From: a virus | Length of the DNA: 64,000 nt | Reading direction: 5' to 3' (one strand) | Virus record (IMG/VR): IMGVR_UViG_3300047444_000617 | Span: 46,249 to 110,248 of that record | Shown: piece by piece, positions 46,187 through 54,883 of the stretch | How the letters are laid out: every line of letters starts with the position of its first letter | Numbering within the stretch: position 1 is the stretch's first letter | Notes under the pieces: generated by a model | Told to the model about the DNA's origin: nothing | Seen by the model: the letters and a program-made list of their open reading frames with translations, nothing else | The model's database searches: none | Translations under genes and position numbers: made by a program

Positions 46187-48046
46187 TCAGACGAGGTTGC
46201 CGATCGGGATCTTCGCGTTGATCATGAACGTGTCGTTCACCGCGATCGTCGGCAGCCCCTGACCCCGGAACTCGCCACTGCTGTTCACGTAGGTGGCGAT
46301 CGACGCCGTGGCCGTGGACATCCGGATGGCACCACCCGCAGGACTGACGTCACCCCCGAGGCTGACGCCGGGAAGGCCGGTGGCGATCAGAGCACTCGGA
46401 GAGGTGCTGGTGGCATGGAAGACGCCGACCAGGTGGATGTTGTCCTCCCCGTCTCGACGCCACCGGAGGTTCGGGTAGGCACCACCGATGCCTGTGCCCT
46501 GCGCCCATCCGGTACCCATGACCGCGTCGGTCCAGGACTCCGCGTTACCAGAGAGGTCGGCCTTCACCACCGCGCCGCTGACCAGCAGGTTGGCCGCGTA
46601 GGTACCGGTGCGCTCGGTCACCGTTACGCTCGGCGGGAGGGGGAGTGTCGAGTCCCCTTCGGAGATGGTGAGCCGCGCCGCGAGGTTGGGGCCGCCACCT
46701 CCCTCGAAGCCGGAGTCCACCCGGACAGCACCTGGGCCGTCGCTGATCATGGTCGACGAGGCGCCGGTGTTGTTCGCTCCGGCGTCGGTGAAGACCAGTC
46801 CGCCACCAGACAGAGAGGTGGTGGACGTGCCACTGGTCGTGGAGATGTCCCCGTTGGCGCCACCGATGTCGGCCGTCACGGCGCCCGTCGAGTCGTACAC
46901 CTTCATGCTGTTGTCACCCGCCTCGTTCAGCGTGATGCGCTCGCCGGACGTGGCTGTCTGGATGGTGGATCCGGTGATCGTCTTGCCGTCGATGGCGGTC
47001 GCGGACAACTGGGATGCGGAGATCGTCCCCACCGTGATCTTGGTGGCGTCGATGCTGGCGATGACACCACTCGACGCGGTGATCGTCCCGGCCGCCATCT
47101 CGTTGGCCGTCACAGAGTTCGCCGCGATGTCACTGGTACCTGCCTGCTTGGGAGTGTCGGAGTTCGCGCCCGAAGGGGCGGAGGCGATGCCGACCTTGGA
47201 GTACGCGATCAGCCGGTAGTTGTAGGAGTTGGCGTAGTTCTGCACCGAGTCGTAGAGGAAGTCCGGGCCGGTCAGGGTGCCTACGACCACCGGGGCGGGG
47301 AACGCCGGATCCGTGTCGCGCTCGACCTGGACGTGGGAGAAGATCAGTGGCATCGCTGTGCCGGTGTGGTCCAGCCCGTCCCAGGTAACGCGCAGGCCGC
47401 CCAGGACACCCAGGACTGCGGGCGTGGAGGGGACCGGCGGCGGAGTCGTGGAGGACGCGGTGGTGATGTCCGTGGAGGACCACAGGGAGGCGTTGCCGGA
47501 GTTGTCGAGGGCCTGGACGCGGACGAAGAAGTCCACGCCGGTATGAAGGCCGTCGAAGACGACGAGGGTGTCCTCAGTGATCTGGCCGCCGGACCAGTTG
47601 GTGCCGTCGTAGGAGGTCTGCACGACGTAGTGCGACAGGTCGACGAGGTTGGTCCCGTCCTGGTTCTCCGTCGGCGCAGTCCAACTGGCCGTCACGTGCG
47701 CCCGCGTGCTGCCGTCGTCGGCGATGTACTGCACGGTCGACAGTGTCAGCGCGGTCGGCTGCTTGGGAGGCATCGAGTCGTACTCAAGACCCCCTACCTG
47801 GTCCTGTACTTCCTTGATGCCCAGCGGGGAGTACACCGGCTGGGTGACGTCACCACCGGAGAACTGCACCCACACGTTCTGTCCGGCCGCAGGCACGGTG
47901 TTCGTCGGGGAGGCCGGAACCGCCCAGGCGCTCTCCGCTCCGCCCAGGATCTGAGGTATGAGCAGGGTGACGCGGGCCTCCTTGAGGGGGTCCACGTTGT
48001 TGGCAACCGTCCCTGGATACATGCCAAGAACCGGGTCAGACGACAT
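46187..48046 (-). CDS. baseplate spike (gpV/gp5 OB-fold) with FN3 and beta-helix repeats
   Basis: DPL...RV...P...WA.P...VWVQF.GGD...P. Confidence 0.8.
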   Translation of the reverse strand: MSSDPVLGMYPGTVANNVDPLKEARVTLLIPQILGGAESAWAVPASPTNTVPAAGQNVWVQFSGGDVTQPVYSPLGIKEVQDQVGGLEYDSMPPKQPTALTLSTVQYIADDGSTRAHVTASWTAPTENQDGTNLVDLSHYVVQTSYDGTNWSGGQITEDTLVVFDGLHTGVDFFVRVQALDNSGNASLWSSTDITTASSTTPPPVPSTPAVLGVLGGLRVTWDGLDHTGTAMPLIFSHVQVERDTDPAFPAPVVVGTLTGPDFLYDSVQNYANSYNYRLIAYSKVGIASAPSGANSDTPKQAGTSDIAANSVTANEMAAGTITASSGVIASIDATKITVGTISASQLSATAIDGKTITGSTIQTATSGERITLNEAGDNSMKVYDSTGAVTADIGGANGDISTTSGTSTTSLSGGGLVFTDAGANNTGASSTMISDGPGAVRVDSGFEGGGGPNLAARLTISEGDSTLPLPPSVTVTERTGTYAANLLVSGAVVKADLSGNAESWTDAVMGTGWAQGTGIGGAYPNLRWRRDGEDNIHLVGVFHATSTSPSALIATGLPGVSLGGDVSPAGGAIRMSTATASIATYVNSSGEFRGQGLPTIAVNDTFMINAKIPIGNLV

Positions 48047-49187
48047 TTATGTCCTCCAGAATGCTGCTCTCCCAAAACTGCTTATCGCGCAGTACAGCCG
48101 GGACAGCGTTGAATTTGAAGCGCTTGTTCGCATCGCTTTTAAAGGTTACCGTGTACGGCTGGTCTCTTTCTGCATCCACGGTGGTGGTGAAGAGCAGGCC
48201 GGAATTCGAGGAGGACCGGTTGATTATGTGCTTCGTCCCGGTAACCATCCATCTGCCTGAACGGTCGGAGGACACCGCTGTTCCGCCAATGCCGATAAGC
48301 GTCCCCGGCGACACCTTGGCGGTGCCGTACAGTGTGGCTTCCATCGTGATCCAGCCACGCGAGGCGAGAGTCCGCGCCTGCGCAATGGCCTGTGCGTCCG
48401 CATAGTTGGTGACCGACCGGGAGGTGTTGATGGTGTTGAGGAACGTCGTCGTTCCCGCGTCGGCGCCCACGGATGCCTTGATGACCTTTCCGGTCTTGGC
48501 GTCCAGCCCGGAAATAGTCGATGTGCCAGTCGTTCCATTTGACCGGGGCACCATTGTCCCGGTGAGGATCGACATATCCTGGAGGGTGTCGAATACTCCA
48601 GGGGTCTGACTCTTGGAGAATACCGGAATGTCCTGCGACTTCTGCCCGAGCAGGAGAATTCTGGGGTCAAGGAAGTAAAGGGTCGCCCCTTCGACCCAGA
48701 AACGGAATCCCGTCTCGTCGGCAAGGTCCTGCACCAGTTTGAAATCCGACACGCCCGCCTGGGCCCAGTACGTCAGCCGTCGCAGGCTCGGTGAGATGAC
48801 GGTGCGCAGCCCGTTCTCGCGGGCCACCTGCCGCACGATCGCGGTGGGCGAGGTGTTCTTCCACGAGCGCGTGCGCTGGGTGTTCATGGGCAGCGTGGTG
48901 CCGATGCACACGTAGCGGGTCGTCACGCTGCGACCGCCGGAGGACGCCAGGGCGCTGGAGTGGTGGACGTAGCCGTACCAGCGCGCGGTGTCCTGGGGAG
49001 CGCGCCCGTAGTCCAGCACCACGGGGGTCAGCTCCGCGTAGGCGGCGTTCTTGGTGGGAGGGGTGGACACGTCGAGCAGGGCCATCGAGTGCACGCCGAA
49101 GGCCTCCCGCACCTCCAGGCGCGAGAGGTACCCGGTGACCTTCTCACCGCGCATGGACAGGTTCGCGAACGGCGTCTGCTCAGACAC
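48036..49187 (-). CDS. baseplate hub (gpD/gp27-like)
   Basis: Q..SDFKLVQDLADETGF; synteny. Confidence 0.75.
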   Translation of the reverse strand: MSEQTPFANLSMRGEKVTGYLSRLEVREAFGVHSMALLDVSTPPTKNAAYAELTPVVLDYGRAPQDTARWYGYVHHSSALASSGGRSVTTRYVCIGTTLPMNTQRTRSWKNTSPTAIVRQVARENGLRTVISPSLRRLTYWAQAGVSDFKLVQDLADETGFRFWVEGATLYFLDPRILLLGQKSQDIPVFSKSQTPGVFDTLQDMSILTGTMVPRSNGTTGTSTISGLDAKTGKVIKASVGADAGTTTFLNTINTSRSVTNYADAQAIAQARTLASRGWITMEATLYGTAKVSPGTLIGIGGTAVSSDRSGRWMVTGTKHIINRSSSNSGLLFTTTVDAERDQPYTVTFKSDANKRFKFNAVPAVLRDKQFWESSILEDINVV

Positions 49188-49452
49188 TGGGGATCCTGAT
49201 GATCTGCCCGGGGGTCAGGACCGTCCAGTCCATGACCTCCGGGTTGGCGTCGGCGATCTCCCACCACAGCCGGGCATCCCCGTAGTACTGCTGCGCGAGC
49301 AGGTCGATGCGGTCGGCCGACGTCAACTGGTGGTAGGTGAACCGGAAGGCCCACTCACGCTGCTGGGACGGCACGACAGTCAGGTTGGTACCGCGCCCGG
49401 AGGAGACCAGGTTCAGCGACGACTGCGCGTACCGCGAGTTGCTGGTGATCAT
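49180..49452 (-). CDS. LysM/gpX-like baseplate protein
   Basis: DRIDLLAQQYYGDARLWWEIADANP...PGQIIRIP. Confidence 0.85.
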   Translation of the reverse strand: MITSNSRYAQSSLNLVSSGRGTNLTVVPSQQREWAFRFTYHQLTSADRIDLLAQQYYGDARLWWEIADANPEVMDWTVLTPGQIIRIPSV

Positions 49453-50207
49453 CGCCCGCCCTTTCCACTCGAACCACCGGCGAAGGAGTCCGGAGTCACA
49501 CCGGCAGGCAGCGAGCCGAAGGCCTGGAACTCGCTGTTGCCCTTGGGCTTCGGGAGCAGTTGCAAGGTGATGGACACCTGGCAGCGGGACGGAATCATCT
49601 GCTGGGTCCAGTGGGTGTACTGGATATCCAGTTCCTGGATGACCCCGTAGTAGTTCAGCGTGTCGCCGATGATGACGTACACGGGGACATAGAGCATCGG
49701 CCCGGCCGCGTCGAAACTGAACTGCCCCTGCCGGAACGACTTGGAGGAGTCTCCTGTGGCCGCGTTTCCCGTGCCGGTCACGTCCACGGAAGCGGAAATA
49801 CCCGTGATCTTGTAGAGCAGGGAGATGTCCCACCCGACACCGAGCGCCGGAACGAATACGCTTTCCGCGCCCGACACCCGCGAGGAGTCCCACAATTCGT
49901 AGGTCCGGTCGAAAAGCAGGTCGAACTGCACCGTCTGCTGCAGAGGCATCAGGTAGTCCTGCGCCGTCACGTCATTCGGGTTGATCGCGTTTTCGTCCGC
50001 CAGCACCGCCGGGTTCACGGAATGGGAGGCGGCCAGGACGCTCGGGTTGTAAAGGAAGTTGCAGCGATAGCGAACCCCGCCGACCGGCTTCTCCTGAATG
50101 ATGAAGCCGCGACTGAGTGTCTTTCCGCCACCGACCAGAGACTGCAGGCCCGGCAGTTTAGTTATCCTGGGGTCGAACTTTCCGTTGTCCTGAATAACCG
50201 TAGCCAT
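49449..50207 (-). CDS. tail tube initiator (CIS tube-like)
   Basis: FLYNPS...F.LLFDRT...YTHW...P.R; start MATVIQ. Confidence 0.7.
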   Translation of the reverse strand: MATVIQDNGKFDPRITKLPGLQSLVGGGKTLSRGFIIQEKPVGGVRYRCNFLYNPSVLAASHSVNPAVLADENAINPNDVTAQDYLMPLQQTVQFDLLFDRTYELWDSSRVSGAESVFVPALGVGWDISLLYKITGISASVDVTGTGNAATGDSSKSFRQGQFSFDAAGPMLYVPVYVIIGDTLNYYGVIQELDIQYTHWTQQMIPSRCQVSITLQLLPKPKGNSEFQAFGSLPAGVTPDSFAGGSSGKGGR

Positions 50208-50293
50208 CAGGCACCCACCGCAGCAGAGACTCGGTGAGAGTTTCGGAAGTGGGGCCCAGGGCCCCACGTATGAAGTCGGTCAGTGATAGCCAT
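50207..50293 (-). CDS. 28-aa bridging mini-ORF MAITDRLHTWGPGPHFRNSHRVSAAVGA
   Basis: TAATG overlap with tape measure stop and TGATG overlap with next start; CTTCATAC in LHT frame. Confidence 0.6.
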   Translation of the reverse strand: MAITDRLHTWGPGPHFRNSHRVSAAVGA

Positions 50294-53262
50294 TAGTTTC
50301 CTGCCGCGATGAGATTGATTCGGTCGTCCTCGGCGATGGCCTGGATGAACTTCTGTGCGGCATCTCGGGCCGACTGCTGGTCCATGGCACCCTGCACCTT
50401 GACCACGACCGAACCGGCGTGGAAGTTGAGGGTGGGCGTAGCGCCCTTGGTATGAAGCCCGCCGACTCCCCCGGTAAGCGGCGTGTTCGACGCCAGCGAC
50501 TTGCGGAGAGCCTCGGCCTGGTAGGCGGGGATGATCATCTCGCCCTTGTGGACGCGCGCCGTCTGGTCGACGTCGATGTTCGCCGAGCCGACCGCGTACC
50601 CCTTGTAGGATCCGCCGTTGGCCATGCTCTTGATACCGGGGGCGTTGGCCAGGGAACCGTATCTGGATTCCTCGTACCGCACTCCGGCGATGATGTTGTC
50701 GACCGGGTTCCAGATGTTCTTGTGTCCCGGAAGTGCGTATGCGTTGAACGTGGAGTCGATCGTCTGCATGATGCCCTTGGACGGGTGTCCCGCCTTGGCG
50801 TTGGCATCGGTGTTGTTCTGCGAGCGGGGGTTTCCCCCGGACTCGTGCATGGCGATGGTGTTCACATACCGCTCATTCGCGGGCGTGTCCTGCTTCAGAA
50901 TTCCCAGGGCGCTCTTGATCCACGTCTTGAGGTTCCCGCTAGGCAGCGGGCCGGAGGCGGTCGAGCCGTTGTCAGTGTTGCGGGAGGAGTGCTGCCCGGC
51001 GCCGACACCGGACGTCAGGTTCGCTGCGCCGATCGTGGAGATCCCGGCCGCGATAGCGTCGACCTCCTCGGTGGACCCGTAGTTGCCGACGTCCCCGCCG
51101 AAGCCCATGGTGGACAGCCGGTTGGATGTCGACCCTGCGGTGTCGGAGTTGTCGTTGGCCTGGTCGTTCATGTTGCCGACCGAGCCCAAAATCCGGCGGG
51201 CGTTGGTGAACTCGCCGGGGCTGAAGGAGCGGATACGGACCGAGGCGCCTGTGTGCGGGGCTTCCAGGCACTTGCCATTGCCGATGCACAGCACCACGTG
51301 GTGCGCGGGATTGCCGACGAACATCAGGTCGCCTGCACGCACCTGGTTCATCGGGACGGCCTTGCCGACTTTCTGCTGCTGGGCAGCGGTACGCGGCAGG
51401 CTGACACCGATCTGCTTGAAGGCGAACTGCATCAGGCCCGAGCAGTCGAAGCCGGTCTGCGGGCTGCCACCGCCCCACTTGTACGGGGTGCCCAGGTACT
51501 TCTCGGCGATGCGGATAACGGCGGCTGCGGTCTTGCCAGCACCCTGGGTGCCTGTGGCAGCGGCCCCTCCCCCGCCCGCGCCGGTAGCAGCAGCGGCATT
51601 GCCGCCCGTTCCGCCACCGAAGATGCCCGCGAGCGCGCCCACACCTGCACCGATTCCCGCGCCGATACCGGTTCCGATGACAGGGACGACCGAGCCGATG
51701 GCGGCACCGGTGAGCGCGCCGGTCGCGGTGTCCACCCCGACGTGCGCCAGCTTGTTGCTGGTCTTGCCCTTGACGTGCTTGTCGATGACCTGGTTACCGA
51801 AGTGGTGCACACCCCATGCGCCCAGCCCGTACGCCCCGGCCTTGCCGAGGGTGCTCATGGACAGGTTCAGCATCCCCCCGCCTGCCCCGCCGGGCATTCC
51901 GAGCAGTCGGCTGGCCGAGCCCAGACCCCGGGCGATCCCCAGGGCGCCGAGGCCTCCGCTGATGCTGGATCCGAGCAGCGACCCCGCGCCCCCGGCCCAG
52001 CCCATGATGCCGTCCGCGCCGGACACCTGGAGTATCTTCTGCAGCGACGTGGAGAAGGCGTCCAGCGCCTTGGTGGCGCCCTGAAGCCCTTCGGTGAAGG
52101 CGTCGTTGATGTTGACGTCCTGGTTCCGCAGGGTGCCCGCACGGGTCATCAAGGTGTTGGCCGTCGAGCCGCCGATACCCATCTTGCCGAGGGCGGACTG
52201 GGCGGCGTTCTTCTGCTGCTGCGTCTTGCCGTTGTCACGCTGGTTGGCCAGGTTGGTGTACGTCTGCGCGGTGCCACCGTGCACCTGGGCCAGCAGCATG
52301 CCCTTGAGTTCGCCCTTGACCAGTTCCAGGGTGTTGGCGTCCAGGCCCCACGAGTTCAGCGACTGGTTCAGGCCGGACGCGGGGTCGTCGAGGGTCGCCG
52401 ACAACTGTGCGGCGGTCGTGACCCGCTTGAGTTCGGGGAAGCGCTGGTAGATCTGCTGGGCGATCTGGCGGGGGGTCTGCTTGCTGCCGTTCTTGATCGT
52501 CTGGATCCCGAAGCCGCGCAGGGTGTTGTAGGTGCCTGCGTTCCATGCTGCGGCCGTGCCCTGGGCGCGCTGCGCCTGGGACATCCCCGGGTTCACGTAG
52601 CCGGAGGTGCCCTTGATGTAGTTCCACTGGGTGTTGTACGCGGACGTGCCCGGCGACAGGCCCATCTGGGCCATGATCGAGTACGCCTGCGCGGCGTCCT
52701 GGGTGGACTGGGCGGTGAAGTTGTTCTTGAACGCGGCGTCGCGCAGGTTGTGCCAGGACTGGGAGGAGTACTGCGCTGCCTGATAGGCGGTGGTCTGCAT
52801 CGTGACCTGGTCGGGCAACTCCTTCTGACCCCACTTGACGATGCCCTGCAGGCCGCTCTTGAAGGTGGGTCGGCCGCCGTTGTTGGCCGCGCCCCCACCC
52901 ATGCGCCGGGTACCGGGCCCGGAGCCGCCGGAGCCTCCCTGCCCGCCGTTGTTGCCACCGCCGGTGTTGCCCACCAGGGTCAGGGAGCCGGAGGTGAAGC
53001 GGTACGTACCGCCGTTGCCGAAGCGCGAGCCTCCCTGGCCGCCGTTGGGCTGGGAGTTGGCGAAGTTGCTGGTGCCGTTCCAGACGTCTCCCAGGGCGAG
53101 GCCGATGCCCCGGGCACGGGAGACCTGCCCGATGCCGGTGTTGACCCCCTGGAGCCCGCGCGTGAGGTCGTTGATGGTACGCGTCAGGGCAGAGATCGAA
53201 TCCTGGGCCTGATTGAACCCAAGAAGCGAGCCCTGCCCTGCTACGGTGCTCTCGCTAGTCAT
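50293..53262 (-). CDS. tape measure protein with NlpC/P60 and lytic transglycosylase domains
   Basis: LGTPYKWGG...FDCSGL; HESGGNP...KGIMQTI. Confidence 0.88.
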   Translation of the reverse strand: MTSESTVAGQGSLLGFNQAQDSISALTRTINDLTRGLQGVNTGIGQVSRARGIGLALGDVWNGTSNFANSQPNGGQGGSRFGNGGTYRFTSGSLTLVGNTGGGNNGGQGGSGGSGPGTRRMGGGAANNGGRPTFKSGLQGIVKWGQKELPDQVTMQTTAYQAAQYSSQSWHNLRDAAFKNNFTAQSTQDAAQAYSIMAQMGLSPGTSAYNTQWNYIKGTSGYVNPGMSQAQRAQGTAAAWNAGTYNTLRGFGIQTIKNGSKQTPRQIAQQIYQRFPELKRVTTAAQLSATLDDPASGLNQSLNSWGLDANTLELVKGELKGMLLAQVHGGTAQTYTNLANQRDNGKTQQQKNAAQSALGKMGIGGSTANTLMTRAGTLRNQDVNINDAFTEGLQGATKALDAFSTSLQKILQVSGADGIMGWAGGAGSLLGSSISGGLGALGIARGLGSASRLLGMPGGAGGGMLNLSMSTLGKAGAYGLGAWGVHHFGNQVIDKHVKGKTSNKLAHVGVDTATGALTGAAIGSVVPVIGTGIGAGIGAGVGALAGIFGGGTGGNAAAATGAGGGGAAATGTQGAGKTAAAVIRIAEKYLGTPYKWGGGSPQTGFDCSGLMQFAFKQIGVSLPRTAAQQQKVGKAVPMNQVRAGDLMFVGNPAHHVVLCIGNGKCLEAPHTGASVRIRSFSPGEFTNARRILGSVGNMNDQANDNSDTAGSTSNRLSTMGFGGDVGNYGSTEEVDAIAAGISTIGAANLTSGVGAGQHSSRNTDNGSTASGPLPSGNLKTWIKSALGILKQDTPANERYVNTIAMHESGGNPRSQNNTDANAKAGHPSKGIMQTIDSTFNAYALPGHKNIWNPVDNIIAGVRYEESRYGSLANAPGIKSMANGGSYKGYAVGSANIDVDQTARVHKGEMIIPAYQAEALRKSLASNTPLTGGVGGLHTKGATPTLNFHAGSVVVKVQGAMDQQSARDAAQKFIQAIAEDDRINLIAAGN

Positions 53263-53429
53263 TCCCCGCCTCAGCAAATCGTCTGTGTCGCTGCGCTCTG
53301 AACCACGTCATCCAGTGAATGCGTTCGCGCACGGTCAACCGGCGAATTTCGCTGAGGCTCCACGCCGGACTTAGTTCGACTAGTTGCTCGTATTCAAAGT
53401 ACGTGTCGTGATAGTTACAGGCCCTGAAA
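53255..53429 (-). CDS. tail assembly chaperone frameshift extension
   Basis: +1 frame reads ...YFEYEQLVELSPAWSLSEIRRLTVRERIHW..., no usable own start. Confidence 0.65.
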
Positions 53430-54278
53430 CAGGTCCCCCGCCGAGATCATCAGGGGGACCTCCTTACCGCACGAATCGTGCAGGAACTTGACATCATTGT
53501 ACTGAGGGCCTGGCTGCTTTTCCTCAATGGCGTCGAGGATTGAACGGCGGTCGACGATGCCCAGCGAACGCGCGAATTCCGGGTTTCCGGTCACCGCGTT
53601 CTCCGTGCCGTCGGCCTCGACGACCGAGATCAGGCAGCGCGAGAGCAGGAGGGTGTTCTGCTCGGACTCGGTGGCACGGTCGACGACCGCGAGGATCGCC
53701 TTCTGGTCGGAGCCCACGGGAAGACGCACGAAGGCCTTCCGGTTCCGGCGCAGTTCCACCTCGAAGACACGCTGGGAAGGATCCTCCAGGCGCCGGATCG
53801 GGATCTCGTCGAGGGTGACCGCCAGGCGGAACTCGTCGCCGCAGAACGGGCAGGTGTAGCGCTCCCAGACGATCTCCTCGCCGTACGTGGCGCGGCGGAT
53901 CTCCAGCAGCAGCATGTCGCGGTCGCCGAGCAGGAGGTTGTCCAGGACGGTGGGACCGGAAGGCTCGTCGCCGACGGTTACGGTGCCACATGAAAGCAGC
54001 GTGGTGATGAATGTGCCGACGCCACCGGAGCGCGCCTTGGTGATGGCTTCCTCGTCGGCCCCGGTCAGTTCACGTACCTCGGCGTCGTAACGCGCGTTGG
54101 TGAAGTCGCCGCCCAAGACGTAGCCCCCCGGCAGGCGGAACATGCCTCCTGCCGGGGGTGCGATCTCGGGCTTCTTGACCTCTTCGCCCCCGGCAAGCAT
54201 TGCCGCGATGGCGGCGTTGGCTGCAACAGGGTTGCTGAGGGGGTTGACGTACCCCTCGGTATGAAGGTCGTTAGCCAC
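53415..54278 (-). CDS. tail assembly chaperone (T4 gp26-like)
   Basis: VRELTGADEE, GDR..LL..IR..TYG, CPFC...H.SC. Confidence 0.8.
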   Translation of the reverse strand: MANDLHTEGYVNPLSNPVAANAAIAAMLAGGEEVKKPEIAPPAGGMFRLPGGYVLGGDFTNARYDAEVRELTGADEEAITKARSGGVGTFITTLLSCGTVTVGDEPSGPTVLDNLLLGDRDMLLLEIRRATYGEEIVWERYTCPFCGDEFRLAVTLDEIPIRRLEDPSQRVFEVELRRNRKAFVRLPVGSDQKAILAVVDRATESEQNTLLLSRCLISVVEADGTENAVTGNPEFARSLGIVDRRSILDAIEEKQPGPQYNDVKFLHDSCGKEVPLMISAGDLFQGL

Positions 54279-54317
54279 AGGTATTGCTCCTAGTCGATTC
54301 GGGTGCTTCCGCCGCTA

Positions 54318-54869
54318 TTAGAAACTAACGGAAGACGAGCCGACGCTGTTAGCCAACTTCATCTCGAACCCCTCATGCGCGAGGGTCATTTGCTGAACGA
54401 TGATCGCGTTGGCACCGGCGTCCAGGTCCGAGAAGGCGACCGCTGTGGGCCAGGCGTTGTAGATGCGGAATGCAGCCTTGGCAGGGGTCGTGCCGGTGGT
54501 GACCGGGTGGTCGAGGACCTTGACGTCCACGGTGTGCCGGAATTCCGAACCAGCCTTCCCGTTACCGGTGCCCTGGATGACGGTGAACAACTGCCGCATC
54601 CAGTCCATCATCTGCGAGTCGCCGACGGCGAGGCCCTTGGAGAGGGTGATGGGTGCGAAGTCGGACTGACCAGGCATTTTCTGGGTAGTTGTGTTCATAC
54701 CGCCTTCGCGGTACGGAATCACCTCAGTCGTGACGTTCAGTCCCGAAAGGGACATGAAGCCCATGCGGGCGAACCCCTTGATGTCCGGGTGCTGGATCTG
54801 GACCTGGAACTTGAAGTTCCTCAAGGGATCCGAGGCGATGTGTCCGATGCTGGACGTGGTCGTTGCCAT
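54318..54869 (-). CDS. tail tube protein (gp19-like)
   Basis: DPLRNFKF, YREGG, PG...ITL.KG, NAWP, L.HEG. Confidence 0.92.
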   Translation of the reverse strand: MATTTSSIGHIASDPLRNFKFQVQIQHPDIKGFARMGFMSLSGLNVTTEVIPYREGGMNTTTQKMPGQSDFAPITLSKGLAVGDSQMMDWMRQLFTVIQGTGNGKAGSEFRHTVDVKVLDHPVTTGTTPAKAAFRIYNAWPTAVAFSDLDAGANAIIVQQMTLAHEGFEMKLANSVGSSSVSF

Positions 54870-54883
54870 CAGTGGGTTACCTC

